A stretch of DNA of 64,000 nt, from NCBI GenBank assembly GCA_963762145.1, contig CAVXJS010000019.1:320001-384000 (forward strand). The letters are read 5' to 3'. Made by a program: the position numbers and the translations under genes. Of this stretch, positions 42,295-52,518 are shown in pieces; the stretch's first letter is position 1; each line of letters opens with the position of its first letter. Below the pieces are notes generated by a model. That model saw nothing but the letters and a program-made list of their open reading frames with translations. It ran no database searches and was not told the origin of the DNA. This stretch comes from an uncultured Candidatus Rokubacteria bacterium (GTDB lineage: Bacteria > Methylomirabilota > Methylomirabilia > Rokubacteriales > CSP1-6).

Positions 42295-43693
42295 ATGGGA
42301 TCTCGGGAGCCGTGGGAGCTTTCGGCCGCGGAAGCGGGGGGATTGATGCGCGCCGGGCGCATCACTTCGGTCGAGCTGGTCGAGAGCTGCCTGGGGCGCA
42401 TTCGCGACACGGAGCCCCAGGTGGAGGCGTGGATCCACCTCGACCCTGAGTATGCGGTGGCACAGGCCAAAGCCGCGGATGAGTGGAGATTATCAGGTCG
42501 CCCGATCGGAGGGTTGCACGGGGTCCCGATCGGGCTGAAGGACATCATCGACACGGCCGACATGCCGACCGAGAACGGGTCGGTCCTGCATGCGGGGCGG
42601 ACGCCGTCCCGGGATGCGGCGGTGGTGGAGCGGCTCCGGGCGGCGGGGGCGGTGATCATGGGCAAGACGGTGACCACGGAGTTCGCCACGCGGACGGCGG
42701 GCAAGACACGCAACCCGCACAATCCGGCGCATACGCCGGGGGGCTCGTCGAGCGGGTCGGCGGCGGCGGTCGCCGCGGGGATGGTGCCGCTCTCGCTCGG
42801 GAGCCAGACCGGCGGCTCCACGATCCGGCCCGGGTCCTACTGCGGCGTCTATGCCCTCAAGCCCACCCACGGTCTCGTGTCGCGGCACGGGATGTTCCAG
42901 CTCTCGCGCAGCCTCGACCACGTCGGGCTCTTCGCGCGCACGATCGAGGATGTGGCCCTGCTCGCTGGAGGACATCGCGGGCTACGACGAGCGCGATCCC
43001 GACACGCATCCGCGGGGGCGGGGCGCCTATCGCGCGGTGGCGATCGAGGAGCCGCCGATCGAGCCGCGCTTCGGATTCTTCCGGTCGGGGCGGTGGGATC
43101 GCATCGCGGAGGACGCCCAGGCGGCGCTCGGGGAGGTGGTCGAGCACCTGGGCGGGCGCGTGGAGGAGTTCGAGCTGAGCGCCGGCGCCGACGAGCTGGC
43201 CCGGTGGCACGCCGTGATCATGGACTCGGAGGTGGCGGTCAACCTGCGGCGGGAGTGGGAGACCGGGCGCGATCGGCTATCGGCGCCCCTGCGCGCGCGC
43301 ATCGAGGCCGGGCACGCAGGTGCGGGCGCCCGAGTACCTGGCCGCGCGGGCGGCGGCGGGCCCGCTCCTGGCCACGTTCACCGAGCTCTTCGAGCAGCGC
43401 TACGACGCGATCCTCACGCCCGCGGTGCACGGGACGGCGCCGGCCGGCCTGGAGTCCACCGGCGAGCCGACCTTCTGCACCCGTGGACGATGCTGGGCCT
43501 GCCCTCGGTGAGCCTGCCGCTCCTCCAGGGCGCCAACGGGCTGCCGCTCGGCGTGCAGCTCGTCGGGCCGCGCCACGGCGACGGGCGGCTGCTGCGCACC
43601 GCGCGCTGGCTCGCCGGAGTCCGTGGGGGCCTAGGACCCACCCCTCATCCGGCACCCCTCACCCTGCCCTCTCCCCTCAGGGGAGAGGGTTAA
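42295..43693 (+). CDS. Amidase-signature family amidase (several frameshifts; 3' end uncertain)
   Basis: GLKDIID, GKTVTTEFA, TPGGSSSGSAAAV, GSQTGGS and GLPLGVQLVG. Confidence 0.85.
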
Positions 43694-43736
43694 AATGACT
43701 CCCTCTCCCCCCTGGGGAGAGGGTTGGGGTGAGGGG
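43655..43736. repeat. Two inverted REP-like palindromes (copies 2 and 3)
   Basis: CCCCTCACCCTGCCCTCTCCCC-tca-GGGGAGAGGG followed by CCCTCTCCCC-cct-GGGGAGAGGG-TTGGGGTGAGGGG. Confidence 0.85.
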
Positions 43737-43758
43737 CGGGCGGTATACTACCGGGGAC

Positions 43759-45526
43759 ATGATCGTCCTCGGCATCAACGAGACCCACTGCGCGACCGCC
43801 GCCGTCCTGCGGGACGGGCGCATCATCGGCTGCGCCTCCGAGGAGCGCTTCACCCGGCTCAAGAACGACGCCGGCTACCCGCGCCGCGCGATCGATGCGC
43901 TCCTCGCCGAGCTCGGGATCACGCCCCGGCAGATCGACGTGGTGGCCCTCGCGGGCGCGCGCGCGGCCTCCCGCGAGTGGCTGAACCGGGTGCTCCACGA
44001 CGAGGAGTACATCAAGGAGTACTACGGCGTGTCGTGGCCGTCGCCGCCGCCGCGCCCTCGAGAAGAAGCGTGCGGAAGTGGGGCGCCAAGTTCGGGCTCA
44101 TCGACGCCTCGCGGGGCAAGTTCGGCATCTCGCAGCGCGAGCGGCTGGGGCTCGTCACCGAGCACCTGGGCATCGCGGCCGACCGCATCGTGTGCCTCGA
44201 CCACCACACGTGCCACGCCGCCGCCGCCTACTGGGGCTCGGGCTTCGCGGGACGCGACGCGCTCGTCCTCACCAACGACAACTCGGGCGACGGGCTGTGC
44301 GCGACCGCGTCCACCGGCCGGGGCCTCGCGCTCGACCGCCACGAGGCCTCCCCGAGCGCGCCGGGCTCGCTGGGCGCCTTCTACTCGTTCGTGACGCTCG
44401 CGATGGGGATGAAGTTCGGCGAGCACGAGTACAAGGTGATGGGCATGGCGCCGTACGCGCCCGAGACAGTACGCCGCGCGCGCGGAGGCGGCGCTGCGCG
44501 AGGTGTTCGATCTCGAGGAGGGCCGGCCCGCGCGCTTCCGCTGGCGCGCCCAGGGCGAGCGCTACCAGCTGCTGCTGCGCGCCATGGTCGGCCTGCGCTT
44601 CGACTGGGTCGCGGGCGGCGCCCAGCGCCTCCTCGAGGACGTGCTGCTGCGCTGGAGCCGGCTGATGCGCCAGCGCTACGGCGGCGCGCGCCTCGCGCTG
44701 GGCGGCGGGCGTCTTCATGAACGTGAAGGCCAACATGCTGCTCGGCCAGCGAGGACTGGGTCGAGGAGCTCTTCGCGTTTCCGTCGTGCGGCGACGAGTC
44801 CAACGCGGTGGGCGCGGCGTATCTCGGCTACGTGCAGGAGTGCGCGCGTCGCGGCGTGGCCGCCGCGCCCGCGCCGTTCGGCCCCGCGTACCTGGGCCCC
44901 GCGGTGACCGACGAGGAGGCGGAGGCCGTGATCCGCGAGCGCGCGACCTCGAGGGGCGGTACAAGGTGGCGTTCCACGAGCGCATCGAGGAGCGCATCGC
45001 GGAGCTCCTGGTCTCGGACGGCGTCGTGGCCCGCTGCGCGGGCCGGATGGAGTTCGGCGCGCGCGCGCTCGGCAACCGCTCGATCCTGGCCAATCCCGTC
45101 GGACCACCGCGTGGTCGGCCTGATCAACCGGATGATCAAGAACCGCGACTTCTGGATGCCGTTCGCTCCGACCGTGCTGGCCGAGCGGGCGGCGGACTAC
45201 CTGGTCAATCCCGAAGGGCTTCGCCTCGCCCTACATGATGCTGGCGATGCCGACGCGCCCGGAGGCGCGGGACGCCCTGGCCGCCGCGCTCCATCCCCAC
45301 GATGCCACCGCGCGGCCGCAGATCCTGGAGCGCGACGTGGAACCCGGAGTACCACGCGGTGATCCGCGAGTTCGAGCGGCGGACCGGCGTCGGCGCGGTG
45401 CTCAACACCTCGTTCAACCTGCACGGCGAGCCCATCGTCTGCGGGGCCGCGGACGCCGTCGACACCTTCGAGCGGTCCGGCCTGCCGCACCTGGCGGTCG
45501 GCCACTGGCTGATGTCGAAGAAGTAG
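43759..45526 (+). CDS. Carbamoyltransferase, NodU/CmcH family (many frameshifts)
   Basis: EERFTRLK, DHHTCHAA, EYKVMGMAPY, MNVKAN, RMEFGARALGNRSIL, KNRDFWMPFAP and LNTSFNLHGEP. Confidence 0.88.
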
Positions 45527-45530
45527 GGCG

Positions 45531-45597
45531 ACCCTCACCTAGACCACCCTTACCCGACCACCCCTCACCCTGCCCTCTCCCCTGAGGGGAGAGGGGG
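45531..45597. repeat. REP-like palindrome (copy 4) with degenerate tandem leader units
   Basis: CCCCTCACCCTGCCCTCTCCCC-tga-GGGGAGAGGG preceded by ACCCTCACC and ACCCTTACCC. Confidence 0.8.
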
Positions 45598-45614
45598 ATA
45601 GGGAGGGACGGCCC

Positions 45615-46561
45615 TTAATAGCCGAGGGCGCGGTCGACCTGGTAGCGGAGCGGGCGGTTGGCGGTGTAGCGGCGGAGGTTGTCGTCGAAGATGGGCCCGA
45701 TCTCGCGCGGGGTGCTCGGGCCCGAGATGTGCGGGGTGACCACCACGTTGTCGAAGTCCCAGAGGGGATGGTCGGCGGGCAGGGGCTCGGTGTCGAAGAC
45801 GTCGAGCACCGCGCCGCCGATCCGGCGCCCGCGTAGCGCCTCGAGCAGTGCCGGCCTCGTCCACGATCGGCCCGCGCGCCAGGTTGAGCAGCCACGCGGT
45901 CGGCTTCATCGCGGCCAGCTCGGCCGGGCCCAGGAGGCCGCGGGTCTCCTCGCTCAAGCGGCAGCGTCAGGACCACGAAGTCGGCGCGCGCGAGCGCCGC
46001 GCGGAGGGCCTTCGTCCGGTAGACGCGCACGGCGTCACGCGCGGCGCGGCCGCTCCGGGTGACTCCGATCACCTGCATGCCGAGGGCGCGGGCCGTCTTC
46101 GCGATGGTGCGGCCGATATCGCCGAGGCCGACGACGCAGAGGGTCTGGCCGCGCAGGGGCACCGGGTCCACCGGCGCCCAGCGCCGCTGCCGCTGGCTCG
46201 CCCGGAAGCCGTCCATGCGCTGCGTGACCCAGAGGCACCAGCCCAGCGTGTACTCGGCCATCCACGGGCCGAAGATGCCGGCGGCGCGGGTCACCCGCAC
46301 GCCCGGGGGTAGCTCGGGTACGAGCAGGCGCTCGACGCCGGCGCCCATGCACTGGATCCAGCGGAGGCCCTTGGCGCCCGCGAGCAGCGGGCGCGGCGGG
46401 CCCCAGCAGTAGAAGATCTCCGCGTCGGCGCCCGGCCCGGCGGCCTCTTCCGGGGTGGAGGCCACGTGGACGCGGAAGGCGCGCGACGGCAGACGGATGA
46501 GATCGGCGTAGGCGCGGGCTTCCGCCGGGTCGGGGTAATACACGAGAATGCTGCGGGTCAC
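45615..46561 (-). CDS. D-2-hydroxyacid dehydrogenase family protein (frameshifts about 45850-45960)
   Basis: VVGLGDIG, LNLARG, LDVFDTEPLP and TPHISG. Confidence 0.88.
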
Positions 46562-47526
46562 GCGCCGATCTTGGCGAGGAGCCGGTCTTCGAAGGAGAAG
46601 TCCACCGGCCGATCGGCCGCCCCCTGGGCCCGATACCAGTCCCAGGTCTGGGCGAGCCCCGCGTGGAGTGTGTAGCGGGGACGGAGGCCGAGCTCGTTGC
46701 GCAGCTTCGTGGTGGTGTGAACCGCGTGGCACTCGTAGACGAGGTTCTGCCCGAAGACGGGGCCCGGCTTGTCGAAGCTCTTGAGCAGGGCCGCGTCGAA
46801 GTGCCGCAGCGTGACCGGCCGGCCGATCACCTCGGCGATGAGCTCGACGAAGCCCACCTGGCTCACCACGTCCTCGCCCATCACGTTGTAGGCCTGCCCG
46901 TAGGCCCGCGCGTCGCCCAGCAGCGTGGCCATGACCTCGGCCAGGTCCTCGACGTGACCGAACTGCCGCAGCCAGCCGCCGTGGCCCGGCACCAGCACCG
47001 GCCGTCCACGGCTGATCCGGTCCATGAAGAAGGTTTCGTTGTTGCGGGTGTTGAGCGGGCCCATCACGTGGGTGGGACGGACGATGGTCACCGGCAGCCC
47101 GCGCTCCCGGAAGCGCGCGAGGAGCACGTCCTCCCCGCCGATCTTGTGCCGGGCGTAGTCGCCCCAGTAGAAATTCCGCGCGGTCTCCTCGGAGTAGGGA
47201 ACCGGCAGCGCGTGATCGTAGACGCGGCACGTGGACACGAAGAAGACGTGCGGGGAGCCGGGAAGGGCGTCCACCAGCGCGGTCACGTCCTCCGGCAGGG
47301 TCGGCGCGTAGGTGACGTCGTAGACGCCGTCCCACCGGGTGCCGCGCAGCCGCTCGCGGAGCCCCGCGTGATCCTTCCGGTCGCCGACGATCGCGGCGAC
47401 GCCGGGGGGCAGCCGGTCGGGATGACGCCCCCGGTTGAAGACGGTGACCTCGTGACCCCGCTGCTGGAGGGCCCGGAGCAGGTGCAGGCTGATGAACTCG
47501 GTGCCGCCCATGACGAGCACGCGCAT
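46558..47526 (-). CDS. NAD-dependent epimerase/dehydratase family protein
   Basis: VLVMGGTEFI, VFNRG, YARHK and IVRP. Confidence 0.85.
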   Translation of the reverse strand: MRVLVMGGTEFISLHLLRALQQRGHEVTVFNRGRHPDRLPPGVAAIVGDRKDHAGLRERLRGTRWDGVYDVTYAPTLPEDVTALVDALPGSPHVFFVSTCRVYDHALPVPYSEETARNFYWGDYARHKIGGEDVLLARFRERGLPVTIVRPTHVMGPLNTRNNETFFMDRISRGRPVLVPGHGGWLRQFGHVEDLAEVMATLLGDARAYGQAYNVMGEDVVSQVGFVELIAEVIGRPVTLRHFDAALLKSFDKPGPVFGQNLVYECHAVHTTTKLRNELGLRPRYTLHAGLAQTWDWYRAQGAADRPVDFSFEDRLLAKIGA

Positions 47527-47542
47527 GACGGCGATGATTCTA

Positions 47543-48562
47543 TCAGAGCCAGCCGGAGCGCTTGAAGCGGTAGTACAGGATCCCGCAGAGGGCCACCGTC
47601 ACCGTCATCACCACCGGGTAGCCCCAGCGCCACTGCAGCTCGGGCATGACGTCGAAGTTCATGCCGTAGACCCCCGCGATCATGGTCGGGATCGCGAAGA
47701 TGGCGGCCCAGCCGGTGATGCGCTTCGTGGCCTCGTTCTGGGCGATGGTGGTCAGGGACAGATTGGCCTCGAGCGCGGTCCCGAGGAGCTCGCGGAGGGC
47801 GTCCACCTTCTCGTTGATCCGGATCGCGTGATCGTAGACGTCGCGGAAGTAGGGCCGCGCGTCGTCCGGGATCAGGTCCAGGTCCGTGCGCATCAGGCGG
47901 TTGCAGATGTCGATGAGGGGGGACACCCCACGCTTGATCTCGAGCAGATCCCGCTTGAGGGTGTAGATCCGCATGGTGGTGTCGCGGCTGATGCGCTCGT
48001 TGAAGATCTCGTCCTCGAGGGCGTCCAGGCCGTCCTCGAGCCCGTCCACGATCGGAAAGTACTGGTCGACCACGAAGTCCATGATGGCGTGGAGCACGAA
48101 CGCGGGCCCCTTGGCGAGGAGCTGCGGCTGTCCCTCGCAGCGCGCGCGCACGTCGGCGTAGGACAGAGAGGGTCCGTGGCGGACCGAGACCACGTAGCGG
48201 GCCCCGACGAAGAGGTGGGTCTCGCCGAACGCGATTCGCCCCTGCTCCCGGTCGGGCTGCGCGGTGCGGAGCGCGATGAAGAGCGAGTCCCCGTAGCGCT
48301 CCAGCTTGGGCCGCTGGTGGGCCAGATGGGCGTCCTCGATCGCCAGGTCGTGCAGCCCGAACTCGGCCTGCACCTCCTTCAGCAGCGCCTCGTCGGGCTC
48401 GTAGAGGCCGATCCAGACGAAGCGGTCCTCCTGCTTGAGGACCTCGCTGATATCCTCGAGCGCGACCTCCGCCACGCGGCGCCCCTCCGCGTAGGCGGCG
48501 CACGCGACGACCTGGTTGCTGTTGTGGCCCGGGCTCATGCGCTCGTTCATCGGTCGGGGCAT
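47543..48562 (-). CDS. corA: Magnesium/cobalt transporter CorA
   Basis: FVWIGL, LHDLAIED..HQRPKLE, GVYGMNF (GMN motif) and MPEL. Confidence 0.93.
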   Translation of the reverse strand: MPRPMNERMSPGHNSNQVVACAAYAEGRRVAEVALEDISEVLKQEDRFVWIGLYEPDEALLKEVQAEFGLHDLAIEDAHLAHQRPKLERYGDSLFIALRTAQPDREQGRIAFGETHLFVGARYVVSVRHGPSLSYADVRARCEGQPQLLAKGPAFVLHAIMDFVVDQYFPIVDGLEDGLDALEDEIFNERISRDTTMRIYTLKRDLLEIKRGVSPLIDICNRLMRTDLDLIPDDARPYFRDVYDHAIRINEKVDALRELLGTALEANLSLTTIAQNEATKRITGWAAIFAIPTMIAGVYGMNFDVMPELQWRWGYPVVMTVTVALCGILYYRFKRSGWL

Positions 48563-48657
48563 CCCTTTCCGGGCTATCTGCCGGAACCTTCTCTTTTGTA
48601 TCCGCTCGGCTCGCCTGCGGCTGCGCCTCGCCAGGCTACTGCGGCGCGGCGGCGCTG

Positions 48658-48903
48658 TCATCCCACTGTGACCGCGACGCAGGTGGTGGTACGGGTGACG
48701 CCGTCGATGATGCCGATGGAGTCGGTGACGAGGCTGCCGATGGCGTCGAGGGTCTGACCGTCCACCACCGCGATGAAGTCGTAGGGCCCGGTGACCGCGT
48801 CCATCGCCGCGACGGTGGCGCGCGGGCTCTTGATCTTGGCGAGGGCCTTCTTCACATTCTTGGTCTTGCCGGCGGACGTCTCGATGAGGACGTAGGCTTT
48901 CAT
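48658..48903 (-). CDS. Stand-alone Lrp/AsnC ligand-binding (RAM) domain protein
   Basis: MKAYVLIE..VTGPYDFIA..GVTRTTTC; AAGGAG RBS; no HTH. Confidence 0.85.
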   Translation of the reverse strand: MKAYVLIETSAGKTKNVKKALAKIKSPRATVAAMDAVTGPYDFIAVVDGQTLDAIGSLVTDSIGIIDGVTRTTTCVAVTVG

Positions 48904-49835
48904 CGTGCTCTCCTTTGGCGGCCGAGGGCCCGCCAGGCCACGAGCCCGGCGAGCAGGGCGGCGGCCGATACCGCGATCGGACGGAAGTTCGTGCGGAAGA
49001 AGGGGATCGCGAAGAACGGCGAGCGCCGGTCGGCCGGCCGGAGGCGGCCGTCCAGGAGCCCATCCACGACCGCCATCGCCTCGTCCATCAGCACCTGACT
49101 CGTGACCCGCGCGAAGGCCGGGTCGGCCATCGCGGGATGCCCCACGTAGCCCGGACCGCCGCCGCGCACCGCGTAGTTCGGGCGAAGCCGCTCGAGAAAC
49201 GAGTAGCGCGCGGCGGGGAGCTGCCGGTAGTCGCGGTCCACCAGGTCCGGTCGCAGCACGAGCATGATCGAAGTCTCCCACCACCCGCCGTGCGCGTCCT
49301 CGGAAAATGCCGCCCGCTCCGGCTCGGTCAGGGGGCGCCCGAGACCGGCCTCGATCCGGGGCAGGAGGCGGCCGCGCAGGAATTCCCACGCGAGGTGTCC
49401 GGTAAAGGAGGCCATCGTGATGCGGTGACGGCGGGACACGATGGCCGCCGCCTCCTCCAGCGCGACCAGGTGCCCCGGGCCCCCGTGCCCGTTGGACACG
49501 AGCACGTGGCGGAAGCCGGCCCGGCCCAGGGCCGAGCCGTAGTCCACCACCGCGTCGCGGACGACGCGCTGCCGGACGGCGACCGTGCCCACCGAGTCGA
49601 ACGTGAAGGAGCCCAGGTGGAGCGTGGGCGCCAGCACCACCGCCCAGCCGGGCCGCCCCTGCACGAGCCGCTCCGCGATGGACTCGCTGAAGTGGCGCGC
49701 GGTGAAGGCGTCCACTCCGACCGGGAGATGGGGGCCGTGGGTCTCGAGTGGACTCACGGTCAGGATCACCACGGTGCGGGCCCGGTCGAGCGCGTCGAGC
49801 TGTGGGGTGGACAGCTCCTCCAGGCGGTGGATCAA
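48900..49835 (-). CDS. Creatininase-family amidohydrolase with a C-terminal membrane anchor
   Basis: LETHGPHLPVGVD, NGHGG and HGGWWETS; TTG start overlaps the upstream stop. Confidence 0.85.
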   Translation of the reverse strand: MIHRLEELSTPQLDALDRARTVVILTVSPLETHGPHLPVGVDAFTARHFSESIAERLVQGRPGWAVVLAPTLHLGSFTFDSVGTVAVRQRVVRDAVVDYGSALGRAGFRHVLVSNGHGGPGHLVALEEAAAIVSRRHRITMASFTGHLAWEFLRGRLLPRIEAGLGRPLTEPERAAFSEDAHGGWWETSIMLVLRPDLVDRDYRQLPAARYSFLERLRPNYAVRGGGPGYVGHPAMADPAFARVTSQVLMDEAMAVVDGLLDGRLRPADRRSPFFAIPFFRTNFRPIAVSAAALLAGLVAWRALGRQRRAR

Positions 49836-51209
49836 AAGCTGCTCCCCCGCGTCGCGGCCAGGTAATCGTCCCTGGCCCGCTCCAGCTCGGCCACGAGGGC
49901 CTGCCGCTCCGCCAGGAGCCGCGTGGCGGACTGGCGGTGGGTGAGGGAGAGCACGCCGAAGCGAAGCTGGTTCCGTAGCCGACCGACCCCCCCGAGATAG
50001 CGATACGCGAGGAGGCCGCTCACCGGCAGCGAGAGCGCGAACCCGAGCGCCCACGCGGGGCCCAGGAGCCGCCACACGATCCAGACCTCGAGCGCCCAGA
50101 AGACCGGGAACGCCACGATGCTGGCGAGGAGGCGCGTCGTGGCGTAGTCCGTCTCCTTGCGTGCGGTACGGCGCGCGAGCCAGCGCGGCAGGAGGTACGG
50201 CAGGCCGTTCACGACCAGGCCGTAGGCGAAGAACGGGAGGCCGATGGACGCCTCCCACGAGTGCCGCAGGCGGGCCCGCGGGGCCGGACGATGGGCGCGA
50301 CTGCGGACCGCCTGGTCCCGGACCTGGTAGGCGGCCAGGAGGGCCCGATACTTCTGTACCGCTGTCCAGAGGCGCGCGACCCGCTCGGGATCGCGCTCCT
50401 CGAAGTGCGCCGCCGCGTCCGCGATCGCGCGCGAGAGCCGCAGGGGGTCGATCTGGCGCGCCCCGAGGCCGCGCTCCTCCTGCAGCTCGCGGATCAGGTC
50501 GCTCCGGTAGATCTCGTCCACGGCGCGGATCAGCTCCTGCCGCTCCGGGCGCCCCACGTTGAGGATCTCGGCCTCCATGCCCCACTGGATCGTCGTGGTG
50601 AGGGCCTCGACCGCCTTGGCGGGCTCATCCCGGTACACGGGCGCGTACGGCGCCAGCGGGATGGGCTCTCCGAACGAGACCCGCACCTGGCCGCGGAAGG
50701 CCTTGCGCGCCTCGAACGTGATACCCACCGGGATCAGGGTGAGCGGCGCCCCGCGCCCGGCGGCCTGGTAGTCCAGGGCGATGCGCGCGGCCCCGGTCTT
50801 GATCCGCTGGACGCGGCTCTCCGAATGGGTCGTGCCCTCCGGGTAGATCCCGACCAGCTGCCCCCGCTCGAGCGCACGGAAGCAGGCGGCGAAGGCGTCG
50901 GCGTTCCGGTCCATCTTGTCGGGATCGTCCTGCCTGCGGTAGACGGGGATCGCCCCGCAGGCGGCGAGGAAGCGGGCCACGAGCGGGTTGCGGAACAGGG
51001 CCGCGGTCGCCAGGTAGTGAACCTTCCGCGGCAGGACCCCGCTGACCAGCAGGGAGTCGATCAGGTTGTTGGGGTGGTTGATGCAGAGGAGCACCGGCCC
51101 GGAGGCCGGCACGATGTCGACGCGGACCACGTCCACGTCCTTGAAGAAGAACCATAACCAGAAGCGTCCAACTGTCCGGACTCCCGAATAGAAACGATCC
51201 TGTGCTCAC
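49832..51209 (-). CDS. Glycerolipid acyltransferase, PlsC/GPAT-like (frameshift in the first codons)
   Basis: NHPNNLID (HX4D), IPVYRR, YPEG and KTGAARIA; C-terminal TM helices; frame extends upstream as QDRFYSGVR..WFFFKDV. Confidence 0.85.
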
Positions 51210-51658
51210 TGGGCCAGATACCGCTTGAGCGTCCCCGCGAAGGAGGTCGGGCTCTCGACGGGTCGGCGAGCCGTGAAGTCCACGCGCGTGCCGCGCTCGG
51301 TGGCGTGGTCGGCCGGATTGAAGCGCACGGTCACGGTCATCGCCTGGCTCTCGGCGCGGAGGTGCAGGGTCTCGCCCGCGCTCTCGTCGCCCAGGCGCGC
51401 GATGATCACGTAGAAGCCGTCGGCGTCCGTCTCGCCCAGGTAGGAGAACCCGGTCTTCTCCCGGAGCAGCTCCACCCGCACGCCGCGCCGGCCCCGGTTC
51501 TCGGCGTCGACGACGTAGCCGAGCACGACGTAGCGATACGAGACCTGGTGCTCGGCCCGGGCCAGGCCGGCGGGGGAGCCGGGTATCATCGGGCCCGGGA
51601 GCCCGGCCAGAACGCCGGTCACCGCGAGCGCCAGGACGGCCGCGCCGCGGCGCTTCAC
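51206..51658 (-). CDS. Secreted hypothetical beta-rich protein
   Basis: Signal peptide; GYVVD..GV.VEL..ETDADGFY resembles a carboxypeptidase-regulatory-like fold. Confidence 0.6.
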   Translation of the reverse strand: MKRRGAAVLALAVTGVLAGLPGPMIPGSPAGLARAEHQVSYRYVVLGYVVDAENRGRRGVRVELLREKTGFSYLGETDADGFYVIIARLGDESAGETLHLRAESQAMTVTVRFNPADHATERGTRVDFTARRPVESPTSFAGTLKRYLAQ

Positions 51659-51662
51659 GACC

Positions 51663-52400
51663 CTAGACCGTCAGGTCGGCCGAGCGGATGCGCTTCACCC
51701 CGGCCTTCTTCATCTGGTCCCACGCCTTGGCCAGAGACCCATTGGTGTCGATGCCGCGACAGGCGTCCTCGATCACCAGCGCGCCCAGGCCGACCTTGCG
51801 CGCGTCCAGCGCCGACCAGCAGACGCAGAAGTCGGTCGCGAGGCCCACCAGGAACACCTGGCGAAAGCCGCGGTCGCGAACATAGCCGCTCAGCCCGGTC
51901 GTCGCCTTGCCGTCGGCCTCGAAGAAGGCCGAGTAGGAGTCCATCTGCTTGCGATAACCCTTGCGGATGACCAGCTCGGCGTGGGGGATCTTGAGGTCCT
52001 TGTGGAAGTCGGCACCGGGCGTGCCCTGCACGCAGTGATCCGGCCAGAGCACCTGGACGCCGTAGGCGAGCTTGGTGGTCTCGAACGGCTTCTTGCCGGG
52101 ATGCGCCGAGGCAAACGAGATGTGACCCGGGGTGTGCCAGTCCTGGGTCATGATCACGTGCTCGAAGCCCGCCGCGATCTGATTCACGAGCGGGACGATC
52201 TGGTCGCCCTCCTTCACCGCCAGGGCCCCGCCCGGGATGAAGTCGTTCTGGACGTCCACCACGAGGAGGACGTCACGCCCGCCCGGCTTGATCCTGGCGG
52301 GCGTGGCCTGAGCTCGGGCCTGCCGCGTGTGACCCGCCACCCCGGCGGCCACGAGACCGCCCACGGCGCCGCTCAGGAACTGTCGCCGACTGGTGCTCAT
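51663..52400 (-). CDS. pncA: Nicotinamidase/pyrazinamidase with a Tat signal peptide
   Basis: VVDVQNDF, QDWH..H, WPDHCVQ, RKG, DSYSAF and GLATDFC; SRRQFL signal. Confidence 0.9.
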   Translation of the reverse strand: MSTSRRQFLSGAVGGLVAAGVAGHTRQARAQATPARIKPGGRDVLLVVDVQNDFIPGGALAVKEGDQIVPLVNQIAAGFEHVIMTQDWHTPGHISFASAHPGKKPFETTKLAYGVQVLWPDHCVQGTPGADFHKDLKIPHAELVIRKGYRKQMDSYSAFFEADGKATTGLSGYVRDRGFRQVFLVGLATDFCVCWSALDARKVGLGALVIEDACRGIDTNGSLAKAWDQMKKAGVKRIRSADLTV

Positions 52401-52518
52401 ATATGTCTCCTCCCTCTGGGCCACCGTGGGTCTGCTCCGCCCGAGAGTATCGTCCCGGCCCGACACGTTCAAGACTCGCCTTCCGCTCTCGTGCGAGCCG
52501 AGCTATGGTGACTAGACG

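Noticed and set aside
51200-51212. TGA in frame between the secreted protein and the acyltransferase (possible readthrough or Sec)
   Set aside because: No redox motif or SECIS-like hairpin; a GTGA start overlap plus one indel is simpler
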